64,000 nucleotides of DNA from Auanema rhodensis (taxonomy: Eukaryota > Animalia > Nematoda): positions 22,878,001 to 22,942,000 of the forward strand of contig OZ059897.1 of the NCBI GenBank assembly GCA_964057225.1, written 5' to 3'. The notes beneath the pieces were generated by a model. The model saw only the letters and a list, made by a program, of their open reading frames with translations. It was not told where the DNA came from and searched no databases. This document shows positions 26,753-41,360 of this stretch, piece by piece; positions within the stretch are counted from its first letter, which is position 1; every line of letters begins with the position of its first letter. Both the position numbers and the translations under genes were made by a program.

Positions 26753-29700
26753 TGAACCAATATCAATAAAAATTTGTTTTTAGACTAATATGGACATGGG
26801 GAATCTAATTTTGAAAACCGCATCTCTTTATCTTTCACGTGAAGCGAGTTACATACCAAGTGCACATCACGTGTACATTTAATTAGCATAAATTAAAGTT
26901 CACGTAAATTTCAAAGTCATGGTTACCATGCACCAATATCAATAAAAATTTGTTTTTAGACTAATATGGACATGGGGAATCTAATTTTGAAAACCGCATC
27001 TCTTTATCTTTCACGTGAAGCGAGTTACATACCAAGTGCACATCACGTGTACATTTAATTAGCATAAATTAAAGTTCACGTAAATTTCAAAGTCATGGTT
27101 ACCATGAACCAATATCAATAAAAATTTGTTTTTAGACTAATATGGACATGGGGAATCTAATTTTGAAAACCGCATCTCTTTATCTTTCACGTGAAGCGAG
27201 TTACATACCAAGTGCACATCACGTGTACATTTAATTAGCATAAATTAAAGTTCACGTAAATTTCAAAGTCATGGTTACCATGAACCAATATCAATAAAAA
27301 TTTGTTTTTAGACTAATATGGACATGGGGAATCTAATTTTGAAAACCGCATCTCTTTATCTTTCACGTGAAGCGAGTTACATACCAAGTGCACATTACGT
27401 GTACATTTAATTAGCATAAATTAAAGTTCACGTAAATTTCAAAGTCATGGTTACCATGCACCAATATCAATAAAAATTTGTTTTTAGACTAATATGGACA
27501 TGGGGAATCTAATTTTGAAAACCGCATCTCTTTATCTTTCACGTGAAGCGAGTTACATACCAAGTGCACATTACGTGTACATTTAATTAGCATAAATTAA
27601 AGTTCACGTAAATTTCAAAGTCATGGTTACCATGAACCAATATCAATAAAAATTTGTTTTTAGACTAATATGGACATGGGGAATCTAATTTTGAAAACCG
27701 CATCTCTTTATCTTTCACGTGAAGCGAGTTACATACCAAGTGCACATCACGTGTACATTTAATTAGCATAAATTAAAGTTCACGTAAAATTCAAAGTCAT
27801 GGTTACCATGCACCAATATCAATAAAAATTTGTTTTTAGACTAATATGGACATGGGGAATCTAATTTTGAAAACCGCATCTCTTTATCTTTCACGTGAAG
27901 CGAGTTACATACCAAGTGCACATCACGTGTACATTTAATTAGCATAAATTAAAGTTCACGTAAATTTCAAAGTCATGGTTACCATGCACCAATATCAATA
28001 AAAATTTGTTTTTAGACTAATATGGACATGGGGAATCTAATTTTGAAAACCGCATCTCTTTATCTTTCACGTGAAGCGAGTTACATACCAAGTGCACATC
28101 ACGTGTACATTTAATTAGCATAAATTAAAGTTCACGTAAATTTCAAAGTCATGGTTACCATGAACCAATATCAATAAAAATTTGTTTTTAGACTAATATG
28201 GACATGGGGAATCTAATTTTGAAAACCGCATCTCTTTATCTTTCACGTGAAGCGAGTTACATACCAAGTGCACATCACGTGTACATTTAATTAGCATAAT
28301 TTAAAGTTCACGTAAATTTCAAAGTCATGGTTACCATGAACCAATATCAATAAAAATTTGTTTTTAGACTAATATGGACATGGGGAATCTAATATTGAAA
28401 ACCGCATCTCTTTATCTTTCACGTGAAGCGAGTTACATACCAAGTGCACATCACGTGTACATTTAATTAGCATAAATTAAAGTTCACGTAAATTTCAAAG
28501 TCATGGTTACCATGAACCAATATCAATAAAAATTTGTTTTTAGACTAATATGGACATGGGGAATCTAATTTAGAAAACCGCATCTTTTTATCTTTCACGT
28601 GAAGCGAGTTACATACCAAGTGCACATCACGTGTACATTTAATTAGCATAAATTAAAGTTCACGTAAATTTCAAAGTCATGGTTACCATGCACCAATATC
28701 AATAAAAATTTGTTTTTAGACTAATATGGACATGGGGAATCTAATTTTGAAAACCGCATCTCTTCATCTTTTACGTGAAGCGAGTTACATACCAAGTGCA
28801 CATCACGTGTACATTTAATGAGCATAAATTAAAGTTCACGTAAATTTCAAAGTCATGATTACCATGAACTAATATCAATAAAAATTTGTTTTTAGACTAA
28901 TATGGACATGGGGAATCTAATTTTGAAAACCGCATCTCTTCATCTTTCACGTGAAGCGAGTTACATACCAAGTGCACATCACGTGTACATTTAATTAGCA
29001 TAAATTAAAGTTCACGTAAATTTCAAAGTCATGGTTACCATGAACCAATATCAATAAAAATTTGTTTTAAGACTAATATGGACATGGGGAATCTAATTTT
29101 GAAAACCGCATCTCTTTATCTTTCACGTGAAGCGAGTTGCATACCAAGTGCACATCACGTGTACATTTAATTAGCATAAATTAAAGTTCACGTAAATTTC
29201 AAAGTCTTGGTTACCATGAACCAATATCAATAAAAATTTGTTTTTAGACTAATATGGACATGGGGAATCTAATTTTGAAAACCGCATCTCTTTATCTTTC
29301 ACGTGAAGCGAGTTACATACCAAGTGCACATTACGTGTACATTTAATTAGCATAAATTAAAGTTCACGTAAATTTCAAAGTCATGGTTACCATGCACCAA
29401 TATCAATAAAAATTTGTTTTTAGACTAATATGGACATGGGGAATCTAATTTTGAAAACCGCATCTCTTTATCTTTCACGTGAAGCGAGTTACATACCAAG
29501 TGCACATCACGTGTACATTTAATTAGCATAAATTAAAGTTCACGTAAATTTCAAAGTCATGGTTACCATGAACCAATATCAATAAAAATTTGTTTTTAGA
29601 CTAATATGGACATGGGGAATCTAATTTTGAAAACCGCATCTCTTTATCTTTCACGTGAAGCGAGTTACATACCAAGTGCACATCACGTGTACATTTAATT

Positions 29701-32700
29701 AGCATAAATTAAAGTTCACGTAAATTTCAAAGTCATGGTTACCATGCACCAATATCAATAAAAATTTGTTTTTAGACTAATATGGACATGGGGAATCTAA
29801 TTTTGAAAACCGCATCTCTTTATCTTTCACGTGAAGCGAGTTACATACCAAGTGCACATCACGTGTACATTTAATTAGCATAAATTAAAGTTCACGTAAA
29901 TTTCAAAGTCATGGTTACCATGAACCAATATCAATAAAAATTTGTTTTTAGACTAATATGGACATGGGGAATCTAATTTTGAAAACCGCATCTCTTTATC
30001 TTTCACGTGAAGCGAGTTACATACCAAGTGCACATCACGTGTACATTTAATTAGCATAAATTAAAGTTCACGTAAATTTCAAAGTCATGGTTACCATGCA
30101 CCAATATCAATAAAAATTTGTTTTTAGACTAATATGGACATGGGGAATCTAATTTTGAAAACCGCATCTCTTTATCTTTCACGTGAAGCGAGTTACATAC
30201 CAAGTGCACATTACGTGTACATTTAATTAGCATAAATTAAAGTTCACGTAAATTTCAAAGTCATGGTTACCATGCACCAATATCAATAAAAATTTGTTTT
30301 TAGACTAATATGGACATGGGGAATCTAATTTTGAAAACCGCATCTCTTTATCTTTCACGTGAAGCGAGTTACATACCAAGTGCACATCACGTGTACATTT
30401 AATTAGCATAAATTAAAGTTCACGTAAATTTCAAAGTCATGGTTACCATGAACCAATATCAATAAAAATTTGTTTTTAGACTAATATGGACATGGGGAAT
30501 CTAATTTTGAAAACCGCATCTCTTTATCTTTCACGTGAAGCGAGTTACATACCAAGTGCACATCACGTGTACATTTAATTAGCATAAATTAAAGTTCACG
30601 TAAATTTCAAAGTCATGGTTACCATGAACCAATATCAATAAAAATTTGTTTTTAGACTAATATGGACATGGGGAATCTAATTTTGAAAACCGCATCTCTT
30701 TATCTTTCACGTGAAGCGAGTTACATACCAAGTGCACATCACGTGTACATTTAATTAGCATAAATTAAAGTTCACGTAAATTTCAAAGTCATGGTTACCA
30801 TGCACCAATATCAATAAAAATTTGTTTTTAGACTAATATGGACATGGGGAATCTAATTTTGAAAACCGCATCTCTTTATCTTTCACGTGAAGCGAGTTAC
30901 ATACCAAGTGCACATCACGTGTACATTTAATTAGCATAAATTAAAGTTCACGTAAATTTCAAAGTCATGGTTACCATGAACCAATATCAATAAAAATTTG
31001 TTTTTAGACTAATATGGACATGGGGAATCTAATTTTGAAAACCGCATCTCTTTATCTTTCACGTGAAGCGAGTTACATACCAAGTGCACATCACGTGTAC
31101 ATTTAATTAGCATAAATTAAAGTTCACGTAAATTTCAAAGTCATGGTTACCATGCACCAATATCAATAAAAATTTGTTTTTAGACTAATATGGACATGGG
31201 GAATCTAATTTTGAAAACCGCATCTCTTTATCTTTCACGTGAAGCGAGTTACATACCAAGTGCACATCACGTGTACATTTAATTAGCATAAATTAAAGTT
31301 CACGTAAATTTCAAAGTCATGGTTACCATGAACCAATATCAATAAAAATTTGTTTTTAGACTAATATGGACATGGGGAATCTAATTTTGAAAACCGCATC
31401 TCTTTATCTTTCACGTGAAGCGAGTTACATACCAAGTGCACATCACGTGTACATTTAATTAGCATAAATTAAAGTTCACGTAAATTTCAAAGTCATGGTT
31501 ACCATGAACCAATATCAATAAAAATTTGTTTTTAGACTAATATGGACATGGGGAATCTAATTTTGAAAACCGCATCTCTTTATCTTTCACGTGAAGCGAG
31601 TTACATACCAAGTGCACATTACGTGTACATTTAATTAGCATAAATTAAAGTTCACGTAAATTTCAAAGTCATGGTTACCATGCACCAATATCAATAAAAA
31701 TTTGTTTTTAGACTAATATGGACATGGGGAATCTAATTTTGAAAACCGCATCTCTTTATCTTTCACGTGAAGCGAGTTACATACCAAGTGCACATCACGT
31801 GTACATTTAATTAGCATAAATTAAAGTTCACGTAAATTTCAAAGTCATGGTTACCATGAACCAATATCAATAAAAATTTGTTTTTAGACTAATATGGACA
31901 TGGGGAATCTAATTTTGAAAACCGCATCTTTTTATCTTTCACGTGAAGCGAGTTACATACCAAGTGCACATTACGTGTACATTTAATTAGCATAAATTAA
32001 AGTTCACGTAAATTTCAAAGTCATGGTTACCATAAACCAATATCAATAAAAATTTGTTTTTAGACTAATATGGACATGGGGAATCTAATTTTGAAAACCG
32101 CATCTCTTTATCTTTCACGTGAAGCGAGTTACATACCAAGTGCACATCACGTGTACATTTAATTAGCATAAATTAAAGTTCACGTAAATTTCAAAGTCAT
32201 GGTTACCATGCACCAATATCAATAAAAATTTGTTTTTAGACTAATATGGACATGGGGAATCTAATTTTGAAAACCGCATCTCTTTATCTTTCACGTGAAG
32301 CGAGTTACATACCAAGTGCACATTACGTGTACATTTAATTAGCATAAATTAAAGTTCACGTAAATTTCAAAGTCATGGTTACCATGCACCAATATCAATA
32401 AAAATTTGTTTTTAGACTAATATGGACATGGGGAATCTAATTTTGAAAACCGCATCTCTTTATCTTTCACGTGAAGCGAGTTACATACCAAGTGCACATC
32501 ACGTGTACATTTAATTAGCATAAATTAAAGTTCACGTAAATTTCAAAGTCATGGTTACCATGAACCAATATCAATAAAAATTTGTTTTTAGACTAATATG
32601 GACATGGGGAATCTAATTTTGAAAACCGCATCTCTTTATCTTTCACGTGAAGCGAGTTACATACCAAGTGCACATCACGTGTACATTTAATTAGCATAAA

Positions 32701-34320
32701 TTAAAGTTCACGTAAATTTCAAAGTCATGGTTACCATGAACCAATATCAATAAAAATTTGTTTTTAGACTAATATGGACATGGGGAATCTAATTTTGAAA
32801 ACCGCATCTCTTTATCTTTCACGTGAAGTGAGTTACATACCAAGTGCACATCACGTGTACATTTAATTAGCATAAATTAAAGTTCACGTAAATTTCAAAG
32901 TCATGGTTACCATGAACCAATATCAATAAAAATTTGTTTTTAGACTAATATGGACATGGGGAATCTAATTTTGAAAACCGCATCTCTTTATCTTTCACGT
33001 GTAGCGAGTTACATACCAAGTGCACATCACGTGTTCATTTAATTAGCATAAATTAAAGTTCACGTAAAATTCAAAGTCATGGTTACCATGCACCAATATC
33101 AATAAAAATTTGTTTTTAGACTAATATGGACATGGGGAATCTAATTTTGAAAACCGCATCTCTTTATCTTTCACGTGAAGCGAGTTACATACCAAGTGCA
33201 CATCACGTGTACATTTAATTAGCATAAATTAAAGTTCACGTAAATTTCAAAGTCATGGTTACCATGAACCAATATCAATAAAAATTTGTTTTTAGACTAA
33301 TATGGACATGGGGAATCTAATTTTGAAAACCGCATCTCTTTATCTTTCACGTGAAGCGAGTTACATACCAAGTGCACATCACGTGTACATTTAATTAGCA
33401 TAAATTAAAGTTCACGTAAATTTCAAAGTCATGGTTACCATGCACCAATATCAATAAAAATTTGTTTTTAGACTAATATGGACATGGGGAATCTAATTTT
33501 GAAAACCGCATCTCTTTATCTTTCACGTGAAGCGAGTTACATACCAAGTGCACATCACGTGTACATTTAATTAGCATAAATTAAAGTTCACGTAAATTTC
33601 AAAGTCATGGTTACCATGAACCAATATCAATAAAAATTTGTTTTTAGACTAATATGGACATGGGGAATCTAATTTTGAAAACCGCATCTCTTTATCTTTC
33701 ACGTGAAGCGAGTTACATACCAAGTGCACATCACGTGTACATTTAATTAGCATAAATTAAAGTTCACGTAAATTTCAAAGTCATGGTTACCATGAACCAA
33801 TATCAATAAAAATTTGTTTTTAGACTAATATGGACATGGGGAATCTAATTTTGAAAACCGCATCTCTTTATCTTTCACGTGAAGCGAGTTACATACCAAG
33901 TGCACATTACGTGTACATTTAATTAGCATAAATTAAAGTTCACGTAAATTTCAAAGTCATGGTTACCATGCACCAATATCAATAAAAATTTGTTTTTAGA
34001 CTAATATGGACATGGGGAATCTAATTTTGAAAACCGCATCTCTTTATCTTTCACGTGAAGCGAGTTACATACCAAGTGCACATTACGTGTACATTTAATT
34101 AGCATAAATTAAAGTTCACGTAAATTTCAAAGTCATGGTTACCATGAACCAATATCAATAAAAATTTGTTTTTAGACTAATATGGACATGGGGAATCTAA
34201 TTTTGAAAACCGCATCTCTTTATCTTTCACGTGAAGCGAGTTACATACCAAGTGCACATCACGTGTACATTTAATTAGCATAAATTAAAGTTCACGTAAA
34301 TTTCAAAGTCATGGTTACCA

Positions 34321-37300
34321 TGAACCAATATCAATAAAAATTTGTTTTTAGACTAATATGGACATGGGGAATCTAATTTTGAAAACCGCATCTCTTTATC
34401 TTTCACGTGAAGCGAGTTACATACCAAGTGCACATCACGTGTACATTTAATTAGCATAAATTAAAGTTCACGTAAATTTAAAAGTCATGGTTACCATGCA
34501 CCAATATCAATAAAAATTTGTTTTTAGACTAATATGGACATGGGGGATCTAATTTTGAAAACCGCATCTCTTTATCTTTCACGTGAAGCGAGTTACATAC
34601 CAAGTGCACATCACGTGTACATTTAATTAGCATAAATTAAAGTTCACGTAAATTTCAAAGTCATGGTTACCATGAACCAATATCAATAAAAATTTGTTTT
34701 TAGACTAATATGGACATGGGGAATCTAATTTTGAAAACCGCATCTCTTCATCTTTCACGTGAAGCGAGTTACATACCAAGTGCACATCACGTGTACATTT
34801 AATTAGCATAAATTAAAGTTCACGTAAATTTCAAAGTCATGGTTACCATGAACCAATATCAATAAAAATTTGTTTTTAGACTAATATGGACATGGGGAAT
34901 CTAATTTTGAAAACCGCATCTCTTTATCTTTCACGTGAAGTGAGTTACATACCAAGTGCACATCACGTGTACATTTAATTAGCATGAATTAAAGTTCACG
35001 TAAATTTCAAAGTCATGGTTACCATGCACCAATATCAATAAAATTTTGTTTTTAGACTAATATGGACATGGGGAATCTAATTTTGAAAACAGCATCTCTT
35101 CATCTTTCACGTGAAGCGAGTTACATACCAAGTGCACATCACGTGTACATTTAATTAGCATAAATTAAAGTTCACGTAAATTTCAAAGTCATGGTTACCA
35201 TGCACCAATATCAATAAAAATTTGTTTTTAGACTAATATGGACATGGGGAATCTAATTTTGAAAACCGCATCTCTTTATCTTTCACGTGAAGCGAGTTAC
35301 ATACCAAGTGCACATCACGTGTACATTTAATTAGCATAAATTAAAGTTCACGTAAATTTCAAAGTCATGGTTACCATGCACCAATATCAATAAAAATTTG
35401 TTTTTAGACTAATATGGACATGGGGAATCTAATTTTGAAAACCGCATCTCTTTATCTTTCACGTGAAGCGAGTTACATACCAAGTGCACATCACGTGTAC
35501 ATTTAATTAGCATAAATTAAAGTTCACGTAAATTTCAAAGTCATGGTTACCATGAACCAATATCAATAAAAATTTGTTTTTAGACTAATATGGACATGAG
35601 GAATCTAATTTTGAAAACCGCATCTCTTTATCTTTCACGTGAAGCGATTTACATACCAAGTGCACATCACGTGTACATTTAATTAGCATAAATTAAAGTT
35701 CACGTAAATTTCAAAGTCATGGTTACCATGCACCAATATCAATAAAAATTTGTTTTTAGACTAATATGGACATGGGGAATCTAATTTTGAAAACCGCATC
35801 TCTTTATCTTTCACGTGAAGCGAGTTACATACCTAGTGCACATCACGTGTACATTTAATTAGCATAAATTAAAGTTCACGTAAATTTCAAAGTCATAGTT
35901 ACCATGAACCAATATCAATAAAAATTTGTTTTTAGACTAATATGGACATGGGGAATCTAATTTTGAAAACCGCATCTCTTTATCTTTCACGTGAAGCGAG
36001 TTACATACCAAGTGCACATCACGTGTACATTTAATTAGCATAAATTAAAGTTCACGTAAATTTCAAAGTCATGGTTACCATGAAGCAATATCAATAAAAA
36101 TTTGTTTTTAGACTAATATGGACATGGGGAATCTAATTTTGAAAACCGCATCTCTTTATCTTTCACGTGAAGCGAGTTACATACCTAGTGCACATCACGT
36201 GTACATTTAATTAGCATAAATTAAAGTTCACGTAAATTTCAAAGTCATAGTTACCATGAACCAATATCAATAAAAATTTGTTTTTAGACTAATATGGACA
36301 TGGGGAATCTAATTTTGAAAACCGCATCTCTTTATCTTTCACGTGAAGCGAGTTACATACCAAGTGCACATCACGTGTACATTTAATTAGCATAAATTAA
36401 AGTTCACGTAAATTTCAAAGTCATGGTTACCATGAAGCAATATCAATAAAAATTTGTTTTTAGACTAATATGGACATGGGGAATCTAATTTTGAAAACCG
36501 CATCTCTTTATCTTTCACGTGAAGCGAGTTACATACCAAGTGCACATCACGTGTACATTTAATTAGCATAAATTAAAGTTCACGTAAATTTCAAAGTCAT
36601 GGTTACCATGCACCAATATCAATAAAAATTTGTTTTTAGACTAATATGGACATGGGGGATCTAATTTTGAAAACCGCATCTCTTTATCTTTCACGTGAAG
36701 CGAGTTACATACCAAGTGCACATCACGTGTACATTTAATTAGCATAAATTAAAGTTCACGTAAATTTCAAAGTCATGGTTACCATGAACCAATATCAATA
36801 AAAATTTGTTTTTAGACTAATATGGACATGGGGAATCTAATTTTGAAAACCGCATCTCTTTATCTTTCACGTGAAGCGAGTTACATACCAAGTGCACATC
36901 ACGTGTACATTTAATTAGCATAAATTAAAGTTCACGTAAATTTCAAAGTCATGGTTACCATGAACCAATATCAATAAAAATTTGTTTTTAGACTAATATG
37001 GACATGGGGAATCTAATTTTGAAAACCGCATCTCTTTATCTTTCACGTGAAGCGAGTTACATACCAAGTGCACATCACGTGTACATTTAATTAGCATAAA
37101 TTAAAGTTCACGTAAATTTAAAAGTCATGGTTACCATGCACCAATATCAATAAAAATTTGTTTTTAGACTAATATGGACATGGGGGATCTAATTTTGAAA
37201 ACCGCATCTCTTTATCTTTCACGTGAAGCGAGTTACATACCAAGTGCACATCACGTGTACATTTAATTAGCATAAATTAAAGTTCACGTAAATTTCAAAG

Positions 37301-39600
37301 TCATGGTTACCATGAACCAATATCAATAAAAATTTGTTTTTAGACTAATATGGACATGGGGAATCTAATTTTGAAAACCGCATCTCTTCATCTTTCACGT
37401 GAAGCGAGTTACATACCAAGTGCACATCACGTGTACATTTAATTAGCATAAATTAAAGTTCACGTAAATTTCAAAGTCATGGTTACCATGAACCAATATC
37501 AATAAAAATTTGTTTTTAGACTAATATGGACATGGGGAATCTAATTTTGAAAACCGCATCTCTTTATCTTTCACGTGAAGCGAGTTACATACCAAGTGCA
37601 CATCACGTGTACATTTAATTAGCATGAATTAAAGTTCACGTAAATTTCAAAGTCATGGTTACCATGCACCAATATCAATAAAATTTTGTTTTTAGACTAA
37701 TATGGACATGGGGAATCTAATTTTGAAAACAGCATCTCTTCATCTTTCACGTGAAGCGAGTTACATACCAAGTGCACATCACGTGTACATTTAATTAGCA
37801 TAAATTAAAGTTCACGTAAATTTCAAAGTCATGGTTACCATGCACCAATATCAATAAAAATTTGTTTTTAGACTAATATGGACATGGGGAATCTAATTTT
37901 GAAAACCGCATCTCTTTATCTTTCACGTGAAGCGAGTTACATACCAAGTGCACATCACGTGTACATTTAATTAGCATAAATTAAAGTTCACGTAAATTTC
38001 AAAGTCATGGTTACCATGCACCAATATCAATAAAAATTTGTTTTTAGACTAATATGGACATGGGGAATCTAATTTTGAAAACCGCATCTCTTTATCTTTC
38101 ACGTGAAGCGAGTTACATACCAAGTGCACATCACGTGTACATTTAATTAGCATAAATTAAAGTTCACGTAAATTTCAAAGTCATGGTTACCATGAACCAA
38201 TATCAATAAAAATTTGTTTTTAGACTAATATGGACATGAGGAATCTAATTTTGAAAACCGCATCTCTTTATCTTTCACGTGAAGCGATTTACATACCAAG
38301 TGCACATCACGTGTACATTTAATTAGCATAAATTAAAGTTCACGTAAATTTCAAAGTCATGGTTACCATGCACCAATATCAATAAAAATTTGTTTTTAGA
38401 CTAATATGGACATGGGGAATCTAATTTTGAAAACCGCATCTCTTTATCTTTCACGTGAAGCGAGTTACATACCTAGTGCACATCACGTGTACATTTAATT
38501 AGCATAAATTAAAGTTCACGTAAATTTCAAAGTCATAGTTACCATGAACCAATATCAATAAAAATTTGTTTTTAGACTAATATGGACATGGGGAATCTAA
38601 TTTTGAAAACCGCATCTCTTTATCTTTCACGTGAAGCGAGTTACATACCAAGTGCACATCACGTGTACATTTAATTAGCATAAATTAAAGTTCACGTAAA
38701 TTTCAAAGTCATGGTTACCATGAAGCAATATCAATAAAAATTTGTTTTTAGACTAATATGGACATGGGGAATCTAATTTTGAAAACCGCATCTCTTTATC
38801 TTTCACGTGAAGCGAGTTACATACCTAGTGCACATCACGTGTACATTTAATTAGCATAAATTAAAGTTCACGTAAATTTCAAAGTCATAGTTACCATGAA
38901 CCAATATCAATAAAAATTTGTTTTTAGACTAATATGGACATGGGGAATCTAATTTTGAAAACCGCATCTCTTTATCTTTCACGTGAAGCGAGTTACATAC
39001 CAAGTGCACATCACGTGTACATTTAATTAGCATAAATTAAAGTTCACGTAAATTTCAAAGTCATGGTTACCATGAAGCAATATCAATAAAAATTTGTTTT
39101 TAGACTAATATGGACATGGGGAATCTAATTTTGAAAACCGCATCTCTTTATCTTTCACGTGAAGCGAGTTACATACCAAGTGCACATCACGTGTACATTT
39201 AATTAGCATAAATTAAAGTTCACGTAAATTTCAAAGTCATGGTTACCATGCACCAATATCAATAAAAATTTGTTTTTAGACTAATATGGACATGGGGGAT
39301 CTAATTTTGAAAACCGCATCTCTTTATCTTTCACGTGAAGCGAGTTACATACCAAGTGCACATCACGTGTACATTTAATTAGCATAAATTAAAGTTCACG
39401 TAAATTTCAAAGTCATGGTTACCATGAACCAATATCAATAAAAATTTGTTTTTAGACTAATATGGACATGGGGAATCTAATTTTGAAAACCGCATCTCTT
39501 TATCTTTCACGTGAAGCGAGTTACATACCAAGTGCACATCACGTGTACATTTAATTAGCATAAATTAAAGTTCACGTAAATTTCAAAGTCATGGTTACCA
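34321..39600. repeat. Tandem duplication of a 15-monomer block (2 x 2640 bp)
   Basis: 34321-36960 and 36961-39600 appear identical (C160A, A50G, T77C, A138G, A20T/C67A/T77C, G47A/G96T, A106T/G169A, GAAGC) except for C93T at 34941. Confidence 0.93.
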
Positions 39601-41360
39601 TGCACCAATATCAATAAAAATTTGTTTTTAGACTAATATGGACATGGGGAATCTAATTTTGAAAACCGCATCTCTTCATCTTTCACGTGAAGCGAGTTAC
39701 ATACCAAGTGCACATCACGTGTACATTTAATTAGCATAAATTAAAGTTCACGTAAATTTCAAAGTCATGGTTACCATGCACCAATATCAATAAAAATTTG
39801 TTTTTAGACTAATATGGACATGGGGAATCTAATTTTGAAAACCGCATCTCTTTATCTTTCACGTGAAGCGAGTTACATACCTAGTGCACATCACGTGTAC
39901 ATTTAATTAGCATAAATTAAAGTTCACGTAAATTTCAAAGTCATAGTTACCATGAACCAATATCAATAAAAATTTGTTTTTAGACTAATATGGACATGGG
40001 GAATCTAATTTTGAAAACCGCATCTCTTTATCTTTCACGTGAAGCGAGTTACATACCAAGTGCACATCACGTGTACATTTAATTAGCATAAATTAAAGTT
40101 CACGTAAATTTCAAAGTCATGGTTACCATGAAGCAATATCAATAAAAATTTGTTTTTAGACTAATATGGACATGGGGAATCTAATTTTGAAAACCGCATC
40201 TCTTTATCTTTCACGTGAAGCGAGTTACATACCAAGTGCACATCACGTGTACATTTAATTAGCATAAATTAAAGTTCACGTAAATTTCAAAGTCATGGTT
40301 ACCATGCACCAATATCAATAAAAATTTGTTTTTAGACTAATATGGACATGGGGAATCTAATTTTGAAAACCGCATCTCTTTATCTTTCACGTGAAGCGAG
40401 TTACATACCAAGTGCACATTACGTGTACATTTAATTAGCATAAATTAAAGTTCACGTAAATTTCAAAGTCATGGTTACCATGCACCAATATCAATAAAAA
40501 TTTGTTTTTAGACTAATATGGACATGGGGAATCCAATTTTGAAAACCGCATCTCTTCATCTTTCACGTGAAGCGAGTTACATACCAAGTGCACATCACGT
40601 GTACATTTAATTAGCATAAATTAAAGTTCACGTAAATTTCAAAGTCATGGTTACCATGCACCAATATCAATAAAAATTTGTTTTTAGACTAATATGGACA
40701 TGGGGAATCTAATTTTGAAAACCGCATCTCTTTATCTTTCACGTGAAGCGAGTTACATACCTAGTGCACATCACGTGTACATTTAATTAGCATAAATTAA
40801 AGTTCACGTAAATTTCAAAGTCATAGTTACCATGAACCAATATCAATAAAAATTTGTTTTTAGACTAATATGGACATGGGGAATCTAATTTTGAAAACCG
40901 CATCTCTTTATCTTTCACGTGAAGCGAGTTACATACCAAGTGCACATCACGTGTACATTTAATTAGCATAAATTAAAGTTCACGTAAATTTCAAAGTCAT
41001 GGTTACCATGAAGCAATATCAATAAAAATTTGTTTTTAGACTAATATGGACATGGGGAATCTAATTTTGAAAACCGCATCTCTTTATCTTTCACGTGAAG
41101 CGAGTTACATACCAAGTACACATCACGTGTACATTTAATTAGCATAAATTAAAGTTCACGTAAATTTCAAAGTCATGGTTACCATGCACCAATATCAATA
41201 AAAATTTGTTTTTAGACTAATATGGACATGGGGGATCTAATTTTGAAAACCGCATCTCTTTATCTTTCACGTGAAGCGAGTTACATACCAAGTGCACATC
41301 ACGTGTACATTTAATTAGCATAAATTAAAGTTCACGTAAATTTCAAAGTCATGGTTACCA
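39601..41360. repeat. 5-monomer duplication (2 x 880 bp), slightly diverged
   Basis: The pattern [T77C]-[A106T,G169A]-[A3]-[GAAGC]-[C3] starts at 39601 and 40481, with a few private SNPs. Confidence 0.75.
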
